A stretch of 63,941 bases of DNA, counting the filler. It is 18 parts of 18 records of this genome, joined end to end, with 100 filler letters (N's around TTAATTAATTAA, not from the genome) between each part and the next. Parts side by side here need not be neighbours in the genome. Positions count along the whole stretch, not along the records: positions 45,538 to 50,631 come from SRR11831580_2587; positions 50,732 to 56,942 come from SRR11831580_2597; positions 57,043 to 59,316 come from SRR11831580_2600; positions 59,417 to 61,758 come from SRR11831580_2606; 14 more parts are not named here. One strand, given 5' to 3'. This document shows positions 46,403 through 60,549 of the stretch, in pieces. Under the pieces are notes generated by a model. That model saw nothing but the letters and a program-made list of their open reading frames with translations. It was not told the DNA's origin and made no database searches. The translations under genes were made by a program, and so were the position numbers. Position 1 is the stretch's first letter; each line of letters opens with the position of its first letter.

Positions 46403-47830
46403 ATGAGCGATAAAAAGAAGCGCAGTATGGCGGGTTTGCCGTGGATCGCGGCGATGGCCTTCTTCATGCAGGCACTTGATGCCACTATTCTTAATACCGC
46501 CTTACCCGCAATCGCTCATAGCCTTAATCGTTCTCCTCTCGCGATGCAATCAGCCATCATCAGTTATACGCTGACGGTGGCGATGCTTATTCCGGTAAGC
46601 GGATGGCTAGCCGATCGCTTCGGTACGCGTCGCATTTTTACCCTTGCCGTGAGTCTGTTCACATTGGGTTCTCTGGCCTGCGCACTTTCTAATTCGCTAC
46701 CACAGCTGGTTGTCTTCCGGGTTATTCAGGGGATAGGCGGCGCAATGATGATGCCTGTTGCTCGGCTGGCCTTACTGCGCGCTTATCCTCGTAATGAACT
46801 TCTTCCAGTATTGAATTTTGTCGCCATGCCGGGTCTGGTGGGGCCAATTTTAGGCCCCGTTCTTGGCGGCGTGCTGGTCACCTGGGCAACCTGGCACTGG
46901 ATATTTTTAATCAATATCCCCATAGGTATTGCGGGCCTTCTTTACGCGCGCAAACATATGCCCAATTTCACCACCGCACGACGCAGATTCGATATCACTG
47001 GCTTTTTGCTGTTTGGCCTCAGCCTTGTTCTCTTCTCAAGCGGAATAGAGCTATTCGGGGAAAAGATTGTCGCCAGCTGGATTGCCTTGACGGTAATTGT
47101 CACCAGCATCGGGTTACTGCTTCTCTATATTCTCCATGCACGACGCACGCCAAACCCATTAATTTCATTAGATTTATTTAAAACCCGCACTTTCTCGATC
47201 GGTATCGTAGGCAATATTGCAACCCGTCTGGGGACCGGCTGTGTACCGTTCCTTATGCCATTGATGTTACAGGTAGGATTTGGTTATCAGGCGTTTATTG
47301 CTGGCTGTATGATGGCACCGACAGCGTTAGGTTCCATTATTGCAAAATCGATGGTTACCCAAGTCTTACGTCGTCTGGGCTATCGCCATACGTTAGTGGG
47401 GATCACGGTGATTATTGGGCTAATGATCGCTCAGTTCTCTTTGCAATCACCAGCAATGGCTATATGGATGCTGATCTTGCCGTTGTTTATATTAGGGATG
47501 GCTATGTCGACGCAGTTTACCGCGATGAATACCATCACACTTGCCGATCTGACCGATGACAATGCCAGCAGCGGTAACAGTGTTCTGGCGGTCACGCAGC
47601 AACTGTCGATTAGTTTAGGCGTTGCTGTAAGTGCGGCCGTCCTTCGCGTTTATGAAGGAATGGAAGGCACAACGACTGTCGAACAATTCCACTATACGTT
47701 TATCACAATGGGCATTATTACTGTTGCTTCAGCAGCAATGTTCATGCTTCTGAAAACAACCGATGGTAATAATTTGATCAAAAGACAGCGTAAATCTAAG
47801 CCGAACCGCGTTCCATCAGAATCGGAGTAA
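46403..47830 (+). CDS. hsrA: MFS (DHA2) transporter HsrA (YieO)
   Basis: 475 aa; [11 protein letters not shown] motif A. Confidence 0.93.
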
Positions 47831-48787
47831 GTTGTAATCGTTGTTGCTGAAGGGTCGGCTGGGTTATCCGATGGATGAGTACATCAATCGCCAGCTCCCC
47901 CAGTTCATCTTTCGGTTGGTGGATAGTGGTTAATGGTGGCGTCATAAAGCTTGCCAGTTCGATATCGTCATAGCCAATCACCGCGATATCCTGCGGAACC
48001 TGTAACTCTGCCTGATATAACGCCTGGTAAACGCCAACAGCCATAGCGTCATTTCCGGTAAAGACGGCCTGAGGACGCAGCGGATGTGATAGCAGTTGGC
48101 GCATAGCGTCAAACCCGCCGTTAAATTCAAAATCACCAGTGACTTCATAGCCATCAGGAATGTTGAGACCCGCACGTTTCATCGCCGCCCGATAACCTTC
48201 CAACCGCAGGCGCGCCGGAGTTTTATCCAGCGGGCCGGTAATACAGGCGATACGGGTATGACCTTTATCGATCAGATATTGCGTTGCTAAGTCTCCGCCC
48301 AGCAACGAGTTATCCTGAATAAGATCGCTGTCGCCATCGAACGGAGCCCAGTCCATCATCACAGTAGGCACTGTCGGATAACGTTGCATGATTTCACGCG
48401 AAGGTTGATGCGTTTCGGTGCACAGTAACAGCAAGCCATCAACGCGTTTTTGCATCAGCGTTTCCAGATTGCGATTCATCCGCTGTTCATCGCCTTCGGT
48501 ATTGCAAAGGACGAGACTATAACCGCGTTCGAAGCAGCTGCGTTCAACGCCACGCACCAGTTCTGAATAGAAAGATTGGTACTGGCAGTGATCAACATGC
48601 CAATGGTATGTGTTTGATTGAGTTTGAGGCTACGCGCCAGAGCTGATGGCGCGTAATTGAGTTCTTTAATCGCCGCTTCAACTTTGGCGGTAATCGCTTC
48701 ACTGACGAAGCGATCTTTATTGATAACGTGAGAAACTGTTGAGGTAGAAACGCCCGCCAGGCGGGCAACATCTTTCATTGTAGCCAA
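47796..48787 (-). CDS. rbsR: Ribose operon repressor RbsR with a -1 frameshift at about 48574
   Basis: LacI HTH in ORF 48476..48787 and ligand domain in ORF 47796..48557; span 992 nt is not a multiple of 3; could be an error or a strain allele. Confidence 0.92.
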
Positions 48788-48790
48788 GCG

Positions 48791-49720
48791 TCACCTCTGC
48801 CTGTCTAAAAATGCGTCGATCTCTTCACGCCACGGTACGGAAGGTTGTGCGCCTTTACGTGTTACGGCAATCGCAGCGGCAGCATGGGCAAAACGAATCG
48901 CCTCTGGCAATGGTTTTTCTTCCAGCAATGCCGTGATTAACGCACCGTTAAAGGTATCTCCGGCAGCAATGGTATCGACAGCCTGCACCCGGAATCCAGG
49001 AACGCGCTGACCTTCATCATTCACGCTAGCCCATACACCACGACTTCCTAAAGTAATCAGTACAGTACGGATACCTTTTTCATGCAGTACCTGCGCCGCC
49101 TTCGTTGCATCTTCATCATTTTCAACACGAATACCGGTGAGCTTTTCTGCTTCCGTTTCGTTTGGCGTAATAATGTCCACCAGCGCCAGCAGTTCGTCAG
49201 GAAGTTCGCGAGCCGGAGCCGGGTTAAGCGCAACGATAGTCTTATTTTGATGGGCGATTTTCGCCGCTGCCATCACACTTTCGAGTGGTGATTCCAGCTG
49301 CATTAATAATGCTGACGCGTTGGCAATACGCTCACGTTGCGCTTCCACCAGCGCCGGGGAAAGGGCAGCATTAGCGCCGGCATGAATACCGATGACATTC
49401 TCACCTTCGCCATTAACAAAAATCAGCGCCACACCTGTTGATTCGCCTTTGATCACGCTGACCGGAGTAATATCAATGTTATCAGTGGCGAGCTGCTGGC
49501 GAACGCTCTCACCAATGCTGTCATCACCCGTACAGGCAATAAACGCGATATTCGCACCGCTACGCCCAGCAGCCACAGCCTGATTCGCGCCTTTGCCGCC
49601 AAATGCAACCTGATAGTGGTTACCGGTTACGGTTTCGCCTGGAGTAGGAAAAGATTGAAGATTAAGAATGTGGTCAGCATTAATGCTGCCAAGAACAACG
49701 AGGCTGCCTGCGTTTTGCAT
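48791..49720 (-). CDS. rbsK: Ribokinase
   Basis: 309 aa; GGKGANQA and DTIAAGDTF PfkB motifs. Confidence 0.97.
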   Translation of the reverse strand: MQNAGSLVVLGSINADHILNLQSFPTPGETVTGNHYQVAFGGKGANQAVAAGRSGANIAFIACTGDDSIGESVRQQLATDNIDITPVSVIKGESTGVALIFVNGEGENVIGIHAGANAALSPALVEAQRERIANASALLMQLESPLESVMAAAKIAHQNKTIVALNPAPARELPDELLALVDIITPNETEAEKLTGIRVENDEDATKAAQVLHEKGIRTVLITLGSRGVWASVNDEGQRVPGFRVQAVDTIAAGDTFNGALITALLEEKPLPEAIRFAHAAAAIAVTRKGAQPSVPWREEIDAFLDRQR

Positions 49721-49845
49721 ATTCGGGATGTCCATAAAATGCGCCACCGTGTTAGGGTGGCGCGTGCCCTGCTTTTCTTTATATTACACGTTCATCTGTC
49801 GATGACGTATTTATGTCACCATCAGGTCATACAACCTGATTAAAA

Positions 49846-50631
49846 CTACTGCTTAACAACCAGTTTCAGATCAACCGGATACTTAGCCTGAACTTTCTCG
49901 CCTTTCAGCACTTTATCTGCGGTTTCGACGCCTTTCGCGCCAATCTGATCGGGTAGCTGAGCGATAGTCGCTGCTAGTTTGCCATCATTCACCGCTTTTT
50001 CGCCATCCGGTGTACCGTCAAATCCGACGACCATCACATCCGATTTACCGGCAGTTTGCAGTGCGCGCAGCGCGCCCAGCGCCATTTCATCATTCTGCGC
50101 GAATACAGCCTGAACATCCGGATGAGCGGTCAACAGGTTCTGCATTACGTTCAAACCTTTAATGCGATCAAAATCTGCTGGCTGGCTGGCAAGAACATTA
50201 AACTTGTGAGCAGCAACGGCCTGCTGGAAGCCTTCGCCACGTTCACGGGCTGCGGATGTACCAGCAATGCCTTGCAGCTCGATAACTTTGGCACCTTCAC
50301 CCGCTTTCTTCGCGATGTAATCACCAGCGATTTTGCCGCCCAGTACGTTATCAGAAGCAATGTGGCTCACCACTTCACCTTTCGTTGCCTGGCGGTCAAG
50401 AGTGATAACCGGGATGTTCGCCTGGTTAGCCATCTTCACAGCATTACCCACTGCGTCGGAGTCGGTCGGGTTAATCAGCAGAATTTTTGTGCCGCGAACG
50501 GTTAAGTCCTGCACGTTCGCCAGCTCTTTCGCCGGGTTGTTCTGGGAGTCCAGCACCACCAGGTTATAGCCAAGTTTATCCGCCTCTTTCTGCGCGCCAT
50601 CTTTCAGCGATACAAAGAACGGGTTGTTAAG
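49846..50631 (-). CDS. rbsB: Ribose ABC periplasmic binding protein, 5'-truncated
   Basis: LNNPFFVSL..., [10 protein letters not shown], ends LKLVVKQ. Confidence 0.96.
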   Translation of the reverse strand, partial: LNNPFFVSLKDGAQKEADKLGYNLVVLDSQNNPAKELANVQDLTVRGTKILLINPTDSDAVGNAVKMANQANIPVITLDRQATKGEVVSHIASDNVLGGKIAGDYIAKKAGEGAKVIELQGIAGTSAARERGEGFQQAVAAHKFNVLASQPADFDRIKGLNVMQNLLTAHPDVQAVFAQNDEMALGALRALQTAGKSDVMVVGFDGTPDGEKAVNDGKLAATIAQLPDQIGAKGVETADKVLKGEKVQAKYPVDLKLVVKQ

Positions 50632-50731
50632 NNNNNNNNNNNNNNNNNNNNNNNNNNNNNNNNNNNNNNNNNNNNTTAATTAATTAANNNNNNNNNNNNN
50701 NNNNNNNNNNNNNNNNNNNNNNNNNNNNNNN

Positions 50732-53700
50732 AGCGTGGGCCATGCTATGGACGCATCGCTCTGCTGCAAGTACAGTTCCGTCTGTTGAACCACGGCGGCG
50801 TGGATCTGAGCGAGCACCGCCCTCGCAGAGTCCTGCAAGCTGAGGGGCTGCAGATCGGCCACCTTGAACAGGGGCAGCACGTAGTTGCCCAGGTCTGCTT
50901 CGTTCCAGTACTCCATAGCAAATGAGCTGTGCACCGGGAACGCAAACCCAGCCGCACGCACCAGCGGTACCAAAGAGCCCTCCCCCAGAATCAGTATGCG
51001 AACTTGTTGCACCAGTTTCGTGCCCAGCAACTGTACTGTCCGCGGAGTGTCGGTTTTGCTCGAGTTGCGCAATACCCTTGTTGCCGTTGCTGCCTCCATC
51101 AACAGCTGCTCCTCGTGCGGCTCCCAATAGGGCGAGATAATCCCGTTGGCCATGTACATGCACAGCGCGTTCATCTGCTCCGCGCTGTGGATGTTCTTGA
51201 CCACGAGAACAGCCGGGTCGTTGCTCTGTGCGCAGAACAGGGCCACATTCTTCCACACCGCGATGTTGTCAGCCAGGGTCGCGTCGTCCTTGGGCTCAAA
51301 GAGTTTGTAGCTAAGGTGATGCGCAATCAGACGCACTAGAGTACGTTTCCCGCAGCCGTACGGTCCGGTGAACACACAACGCGCCCCCGCAGGTGCGAGT
51401 ATTCCTGAGATCTCCGAAAACAACCGTGCGTAGCTGGGAGAGATGGCAAGCATGGGACTGGGGATGCCGAGAGCAGCGCCGCGCTGCCGATGGATGGATA
51501 TGATCAGCTTCTGCAACGTCTCAAACTCTTCGGGAGAGTGGTATGGAGCGACCGGCGCCGGGATGTCAGCCATGGGGACATGCAGCACAAAAAAGTGTCG
51601 CAAGAGCCGGATATCACTCATAGCCGGACCGTGACGAGCAGCGCATACGAGGGTCACGTCTCGCAGTGCAATCATGTCGTTGTGCTTGGCCACATACCAC
51701 GCGCCCGAGTCCGCCAACGAGCGCACCAGCGGTACGGTGAGGGGATCGCGGGAGCAGTGCAGATCATCAATCGAGAGCGCAACGATCTTGCGCGATGCAG
51801 ATTTGAGCACGTACTCATGCGGAGTGACTTCTGACAGCATGTGCAGCACTGAGTCCTGCATGACCGGTGCCGATGTGCTCCAGAACGACTCGACCAGTGT
51901 GGTCGTTGCCTCCACCCACGCGTGCGAGTGTAGAATAGTAGATTTTCCCACACCCGGGTCCCCAAGCAGCAGCACAGGCATACCACACGCAACAGCCAGC
52001 TGTGTGAACGTGATGGCTGCAGCGTGCTCGCGGAACGGGATGAGGGGCGGTTCCAAAGCGATGCGGACATTATCCCACGGCACAAGACCACGCGCTGCAT
52101 CCGAAACCCAGTAGTCGAACACCAGCCCACCTGTAGGTACGTTGACAAGAGAGGTGAGGTTTTGGCGACACCATTCGGAAAAGTTTTTCCGCGCTGCATC
52201 ACGCAAATCGCTGCCAAAGCCCCACACACACGCCAACCAGATGTACGCTTTGATCATGCGCCGCAGCATCACGTCATCACCAAAGAGTTTTTGACCGCGT
52301 GCGACGCTCGACTGCGGTGCCATCAAGTGCAGCAGCAGTCGTGTGACGCACTGAGTACGCCGCAGTAGATCCGCACCCGCCCACTCCTCCGGAACATCCG
52401 CAAATGCTGGGATTGCATGGGCTAGCTGCTCACAAGTGCGCAGAGTAGTGCCCATCAAAAACTCACGAATACTGTCCGAGAACGCCTCCAGCGAGCTCTG
52501 TGTGAGTAATCTTGTCTCCATCTGCACCAGCCACGGCGGCCGCAGCTTGTCCGTGTCCTGCGTGAAGCAAACCACGCGCGCCAAGTGGGCCAAGGTTTCT
52601 GACACCTCCGACAAAGACGTGCATTCGATGATCAGCCGCTGCCAGCAGGGAAGAACCAGTCTGCACACACACATGCGCACCATGTAAGTGACCCACACAT
52701 TAACATGCACTGAGAGGACAACACACGCACCTTCCGCCGTTCTTTAGCACCACATGCCTGCCCGCCAGCGTCTCATGCACAACCCTCGTCCATAGCTCTG
52801 TGGCGGAACCGTGCAGCACCACCCACCGCATGTGTTTCGCATGACGCGGCCGCGGTGTCAGCAATGCGGTCACGGTCCCCTCTGCCCACTGCTCCCCATC
52901 AAAATGGCCCAGCGGACTCTCGCGCCGTGCATCCGCGTAGCAGTGCTGCAGTTCCACTCCGCTGTACGAGAGTTGCGCGTGCGGGTACACCTGAGAGAGT
53001 ACACGAAGGGCCTCTGTCTTGCCTGAGGCAGGTCTGCCCACCACCACCACCACCGAGTGTTCCCGAATCGCACTCAGCAACGCAGAGACGTTCTCCTTGA
53101 CCGCACCCGTAAACAACAGTCGCTGTGCGGCATAGACCGCAGCTACGCGGGTCATCACCTCCTCATGGTCGTCCTTGCGGGATGCAGCCCACGCAGTGAA
53201 CGAGCACACACGTGCAGCGATACCCGCAGGAACTCCAAACACCGCCGCCATCATCTTGCACGCGTGCTCCTCTGCGGTCCCTTGCAGAAGGAGACTCTCG
53301 CTCACGTAGGTCCACGTAAAGTGCAGGGCTATGAGCACAATTGGGGGGAGAGGGGGATGCGTCTGGCCCACCGTGTCTGCGAACAGCTGCGCTTTGTCCG
53401 CACCAGAGATGTCCATTACCACAGCCTGTATACGCTTGCAGATCGCCAGAGCCGCTCGAAGGATGAATAACGGAGCGTCCGGTGCGAAATGCCCATACAC
53501 GGTGGAGATCGCTGCGCAGATGTAGGACGCAACGGCGGGTGCATGTGCTGGGGCGACCATACTCGCAACGAGGATGCTCTGAACGACAACTGCGTGATCC
53601 GGCGGATGAAACCACACGGGACGGAACGCACCACACATCGCCTCCCGCTGAAACACCGCCACGTTGGCACGGTCGATCGCTGTGAGGAATGCGCACCCAG

Positions 53701-56700
53701 CGTTCAGCGGGATCTTTGCATCCGCATACTCCAGCACGGCCAGAGCAGAGAGTCGCTGGTCAGCACCACCCACACGAAGGGCGTTGCAAACGTTGATCAG
53801 CATCTGAGCCAGCATGCTAATGACGTGTGCGGGTTGTGATGAGAGATCACAGAACGAGATCCATGCGCCCGTGGTGGCAGCGCCGACGATGATCGATGCC
53901 AGGTGCTTGTTGGAGACGGTCTCGTGCGGAGTGCGGGTCACGTCCACCAGAAGCAGCCTGCGTCCAAACTGGGTAGCGGCCTCATCAAGAAGCGCCGATG
54001 TGCAATGACCGTCCTCAGAGACAAGCGATACAGCAGTGTGGCTGTGCACGCTGGCAAACACATGCGACAGGGCCTGCAGGGACGCGGGCGAGTGCGCAAA
54101 ATGCCGCGGCGCCGGGATCCACTCATATCCGTACTTGAGTGTGCGCTGGCCTTGTCTCAGCAGAGCATCGTGCCCATCAAACTCAGCCCGCAGCATGCGG
54201 TCCCACACTACATCCATCAGGGCAGCGTCCATGTGTGCGCCCTCCGACAGCGGCGCATCGTGTAGGAGCTGAGCCTGGTCCCGCAAGGACAAGAGGCACA
54301 GTAACAGGCTCTCTAACCCGCGGATGACGACGGGGGAGAGCGGCTCTGGTATGAGTTTCTCCAAGGAGCCGGCCGCGGATCGCTCCACACTGACGGACCT
54401 GATTGGGGAGGACGAGTGCACGTGGAAATGGTCGCTGCAGGGACCGACCGCACGAAGGTGCTTCTGCAGGCGGGTGATGCGGAAGCGGATATCGGCGAGT
54501 ACGTCCTTGACAATGCTGACATTGCGCTCGGAGACAGCTCGTGCCAGGACACTGTTGATGTGACAGCACAGCGCGAACGAAACGGTCTGCTCGGGGTGGT
54601 TCTGGATCCATGTGAAAGGGTCATGCCGCGCGTCAGGGACCGAGGCTACTGCCGACTGCACGCATGTTCGCATGGTGGTAATAACCATCTTCTCAATGTC
54701 TACTAGCCACTCCTCGGCCGCTTCACCCACATACACTGCACACAACAACGCGGTAAGCGCATAGACCGCAGAGATGAAACAGGTATGAATGACCACGTTT
54801 GAGACCACTGCATGTGTAGTTCGAGTACGTACACAGTGGGCGGACGAACGTCAGGCGCTCGTTGGTGATTCCGACCAGGCCCTTCACAAGCCCGTGCCCA
54901 TTATCCGTGTTGTCATCGGACCCCACTTCATGATGCACTTCCTCCGCAGCTTCCCGTGTCATGATCAAGCGAGCGGCCGGCTCAGTGTCTGTGGTGGCAA
55001 TCTGCCCAAAGTACGGAACAAAACTTGCGTCAACGCATGGCAGCACGAAACCGTCCCACATATCACACCCATATACGCAATACCACGCGCGCTAGTTACA
55101 GCTCTCACAAAAGCCGCACAGATACGTACCGATCGCAGCGGCAGCATCATCACACTGAGCTTCTTCGACATGGAGGGGTCCGCCTCGGATTCACCATCAC
55201 TGCTGCCGTCATCCGCCACCTGCTGAATATCGGGAGAGGCGAACATGCTGTCCAGCGGTTGTTCAGGGGTTGCGGTCTGCGCCTCCATCTCGCTTTCCTT
55301 GCTGTACTGACAGATCACGGTGGCGACATTGTTGAAACAGAGCCCGAGGAACGCCGCGAGCCGGGAGAGACGACCTCGTGATGCGACCAGTTTGAGTACG
55401 GCCTCGTCTGAGAGGAGGAACAGACGGGGGAACTTGAACCGCACTTCATGCACAAACTTGGTCACCGAAGCCAGAATGGGTTCGCAGATCTGATTGAACT
55501 CTGAGAGCGATGCAAAAAGATGTGCTGAGATATGCTCCTGCACGGAGGGGCTTCCCACCACGTTCTTCATCATCACTGCACAAAAACAAGCATGTTGGTT
55601 AGCAACGCACCATACAAAATGCGAAAACTTGGAAAAGCATTACACACACGACGAGAGACGTACAATTCCAACGTCTCAGCAAGGTCATGAAGGACGAGTG
55701 ATGTGCGGTGAAGGAATCCCGCACAGCCGCCGTCTGAAACAAATGACGCACAAATAAAATGTGGTCCTGCAGACTCAACCACAGCCGCAGACACGTGTGC
55801 ACGAGGCGCAGATGGGCATGAAGCCGTGTCGCAAGCTGTGCACAACCACAATTGAGCGAGTGAGTTAGATTGGCAAGAAGACAGGTGAAACAGGGAAACG
55901 TACCGTTGTGACCACTGCAAATGATTGTTTGCTTTCAATATTGCGAATAATTATCTGGTCGTCTTCGGCGTCTGCGATCAGCTCTTGTGCATGTAGCTCG
56001 TCCAGAGATAAGATGGGGCGTGCCTGCAAAGGTTCGAGGACAGAAAATGATGAATACTTGGCCAATAACGCCGGAAAGTGCCAACAGACAGAGTGAAAAG
56101 AACACAAATAAAGATGATAATACAACAGACGACACAGAAGGCGCACCTGATCAATTTTGAGCAAACGAACACGCCACATATCCGACATCTGCTCCAGTGT
56201 TCCCTTCAGCTGCGCCTCATCCTCTGCCCGCTGTACAATCTCATACACCAACTCTTCATCTGCAACAACATTCAGTAAGCGCTCACGGGGCATAATACTC
56301 ACAAACCACCGAATGTGGTGTAGTTTTGAGGTGACTGTAAGCAGCGGAACGTACACTCATACAACTTGAACTGGATGAGCTGTCGAATAGACAGCGTGGC
56401 CGCATCCTTGGTCACATGCACCGTCTGCTCCAAGATCTGCTCCCAGTGCCACGATTGCAGCGCGGGACTGCACAGTTTGGGCATCATCTTCAAAATCTTG
56501 CTGACTTCATCGAACTCGGCCAGCAGTTTCTTGGTGATGGGCTGGCTGCGGTCCAAATAATGTGTCTTTTGCTCAATCCCCTCCATACGCTCATCCACAT
56601 GCGACGACGACATGGTTGACACGGGGCTAGTCGCAAGCTCGTCACGCAGCGCCAACCACTCAATGTATGTTTCCCAGCTGGATTTGGTCGAGTCAAAGAA

Positions 56701-56942
56701 GGAGAGAGCAGAGTCGGTCACGGATCGGGCAGTCTCCTCGACTTGCATCACGGTTTGATAGCTGAACATAAACGCATATAGATACATTAGAGTCCGCCAC
56801 CACGAACACGTGTAGCAGGGAAGCACGCGTACCCGTAGAGAACGTCGGCCCGTTTCACAAGATTGTTCACGTCAATCTCAATCTTGGCCAACTCCTCCAT
56901 CACAGATGTCGGGAGCGTCAACGGATTTTGAAACTAAGAAAA
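50732..56942 (-). CDS. Divergent dynein heavy chain homolog (linker through AAA4), multi-exon, truncated at both ends; AAA1 degenerate
   Basis: Linker motifs LQSWHWEQI, RFKFPRLFLLSDEAVL, EEWLVDIEKMV; YGYEW; FRPV..PD; P-loops GRPASGKT, GDPGVGKS, GPYGCGKR; GT-AG introns e.g. 52661-52730. Confidence 0.88.
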
Positions 56943-57055
56943 NNNNNNNNNNNNNNNNNNNNNNNNNNNNNNNNNNNNNNNNNNNNTTAATTAATTAANN
57001 NNNNNNNNNNNNNNNNNNNNNNNNNNNNNNNNNNNNNNNNNNTTAACGCCCTTAA

Positions 57056-58134
<1,079 letters not shown>

Positions 58135-58135
<1 letters not shown>

Positions 58136-59202
58136 TGAGTCAGAAGTATCTTTTTATCGATCGCGATGGAACCCTGATTAGCGAACCGCCGAGTGATTTT
58201 CAGGTGGACCGTTTTGATAAACTCGCCTTTGAACCGGGCGTGATCCCGGAACTGCTGAAGCTGCAAAAAGCGGGCTACAAGCTGGTGATGATCACTAATC
58301 AGGATGGTCTTGGAACACAAAGTTTCCCACAGGCGGATTTCGATGGCCCGCACAACCTGATGATGCAGATCTTCACCTCGCAAGGCGTACAGTTTGATGA
58401 AGTGCTGATTTGTCCGCACCTGCCCGCCGATGAGTGCGACTGCCGTAAGCCGAAAGTAAAACTGGTGGAACGTTATCTGGCTGAGCAAGCGATGGATCGC
58501 GCTAACAGTTATGTGATTGGCGATCGCGCGACCGACATTCAACTGGCGGAAAACATGGGCATTACTGGTTTACGCTACGACCGCGAAACCCTGAACTGGC
58601 CAATGATTGGCGAGCAACTCACCAGACGTGACCGTTACGCTCACGTAGTGCGTAATACCAAAGAGACGCAGATTGACGTTCAGGTGTGGCTGGATCGTGA
58701 AGGTGGCAGCAAGATTAACACCGGCGTTGGCTTCTTTGATCATATGCTGGATCAGATCGCTACCCACGGCGGTTTCCGCATGGAAATCAACGTCAAAGGC
58801 GACCTCTATATCGACGATCACCACACCGTCGAAGATACCGGCCTGGCGCTGGGCGAAGCGCTAAAAATCGCCCTCGGAGACAAACGCGGTATTTGCCGCT
58901 TTGGTTTTGTGCTACCGATGGACGAATGCCTTGCCCGCTGCGCGCTGGATATCTCTGGTCGCCCGCACCTGGAATATAAAGCCGAGTTTACCTACCAGCG
59001 CGTGGGCGATCTCAGCACCGAAATGATCGAGCACTTCTTCCGTTCGCTCTCATACACCATGGGCGTGACGCTACACCTGAAAACCAAAGGTAAAAACGAT
59101 CATCACCGTGTAGAGAGTCTGTTCAAAGCCTTTGGTCGCACCCTGCGCCAGGCCATCCGCGTGGAAGGCGATACCCTGCCCTCGTCGAAAGGAGTGCTGT
59201 AA
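58135..59202 (+). CDS. hisB: Bifunctional histidinol-phosphatase / IGP dehydratase
   Basis: [13 protein letters not shown] and NDHHRVE motifs. Confidence 0.98.
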
Positions 59203-59316
59203 TGAACGTGGTGATCCTTGATACCGGCTGCGCCAACCTGAACTCGGTGAAGTCTGCCATTGCGCGTCACGGTTATGAACCCAAAGTCAGCCGTGACCCG
59301 GACGTCGTGTTGCTGG
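59202..59316 (+). CDS. hisH: IGP synthase glutaminase subunit, 5' fragment
   Basis: [24 protein letters not shown]. Confidence 0.93.
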
Positions 59317-59416
59317 NNNNNNNNNNNNNNNNNNNNNNNNNNNNNNNNNNNNNNNNNNNNTTAATTAATTAANNNNNNNNNNNNNNNNNNNNNNNNNNNN
59401 NNNNNNNNNNNNNNNN

Positions 59417-59490
59417 CCGACGATACGAGTGGGACCGTGGTCCCAGTCTGATTATCAGACCGACGATACAAGTGGAACAGTGGGCCCAGA
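59417..59490. repeat. sopC: F plasmid sopC centromere, terminal 43-bp repeats (array cut by contig end)
   Basis: CCGACGATAC repeats 43 bp apart; palindrome TGGGACCGTGGTCCCA; directly downstream of sopB. Confidence 0.92.
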
Positions 59491-59577
59491 GAGAATATTC
59501 AGGCCAGTTATGCTTTCTGGCCTGTAACAAAGGACATTAAGTAAAGACAGATAAACGTAGACTAAAACGTGGTCGCA

Positions 59578-60549
59578 TCAGGGTGCTGGCTTTTCAAGTT
59601 CCTTAAGAATGGCCTCAATTTTCTCTATACACTCAGTTGGAACACGAGACCTGTCCAGGTTAAGCACCATTTTATCGCCCTTATACAATACTGTCGCTCC
59701 AGGAGCAAACTGATGTCGTGAGCTTAAACTAGTTCTTGATGCAGATGACGTTTTAAGCACAGAAGTTAAAAGAGTGATAACTTCTTCAGCTTCAAATATC
59801 ACCCCAGCTTTTTTCTGCTCATGAAGGTTAGATGCCTGCTGCTTAAGTAATTCCTCTTTATCTGTAAAGGCTTTTTGAAGTGCATCACCTGACCGGGCAG
59901 ATAGTTCACCGGGGTGAGAAAAAAGAGCAACAACTGATTTAGGCAATTTGGCGGTGTTGATACAGCGGGTAATAATCTTACGTGAAATATTTTCCGCATC
60001 AGCCAGCGCAGAAATATTTCCAGCAAATTCATTCTGCAATCGGCTTGCATAACGCTGACCACGTTCATAAGCACTTGTTGGGCGATAATCGTTACCCAAT
60101 CTGGATAATGCAGCCATCTGCTCATCATCCAGCTCGCCAACCAGAACACGATAATCACTTTCGGTAAGTGCAGCAGCTTTACGACGGCGACTCCCATCGG
60201 CAATTTCTATGACACCAGATACTCTTCGACCGAACGCCGGTGTCTGTTGACCAGTCAGTAGAAAAGAAGGGATGAGATCATCCAGTGCGTCCTCAGTAAG
60301 CAGCTCCTGGTCACGTTCATTACCTGACCATACCCGAGAGGTCTTCTCAACACTATCACCCCGGAGCACTTCAAGAGTAAACTTCACATCCCGACCACAT
60401 ACAGGCAAAGTAATGGCATTACCGCGAGCCATTACTCCTACGCGCGCAATTAACGAATCCACCATCGGGGCAGCTGGTGTCGATAACGAAGTATCTTCAA
60501 CCGGTTGAGTATTGAGCGTATGTTTTGGAATAACAGGCGCACGCTTCAT
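59578..60549 (-). CDS. sopB: F plasmid partition protein SopB (ParB family)
   Basis: 323 aa [18 protein letters not shown] ParB box. Confidence 0.97.

Noticed and set aside
50732-56942. Alternative genetic code in the eukaryote
   Set aside because: Exons of about 2 kb are open under the standard code, and TAA appears to act as a stop at 9554.
59417-59490. Repeat-spacer pattern as a CRISPR array
   Set aside because: These are sopC 43-bp tandem repeats next to sopB; no unique spacers or cas genes.
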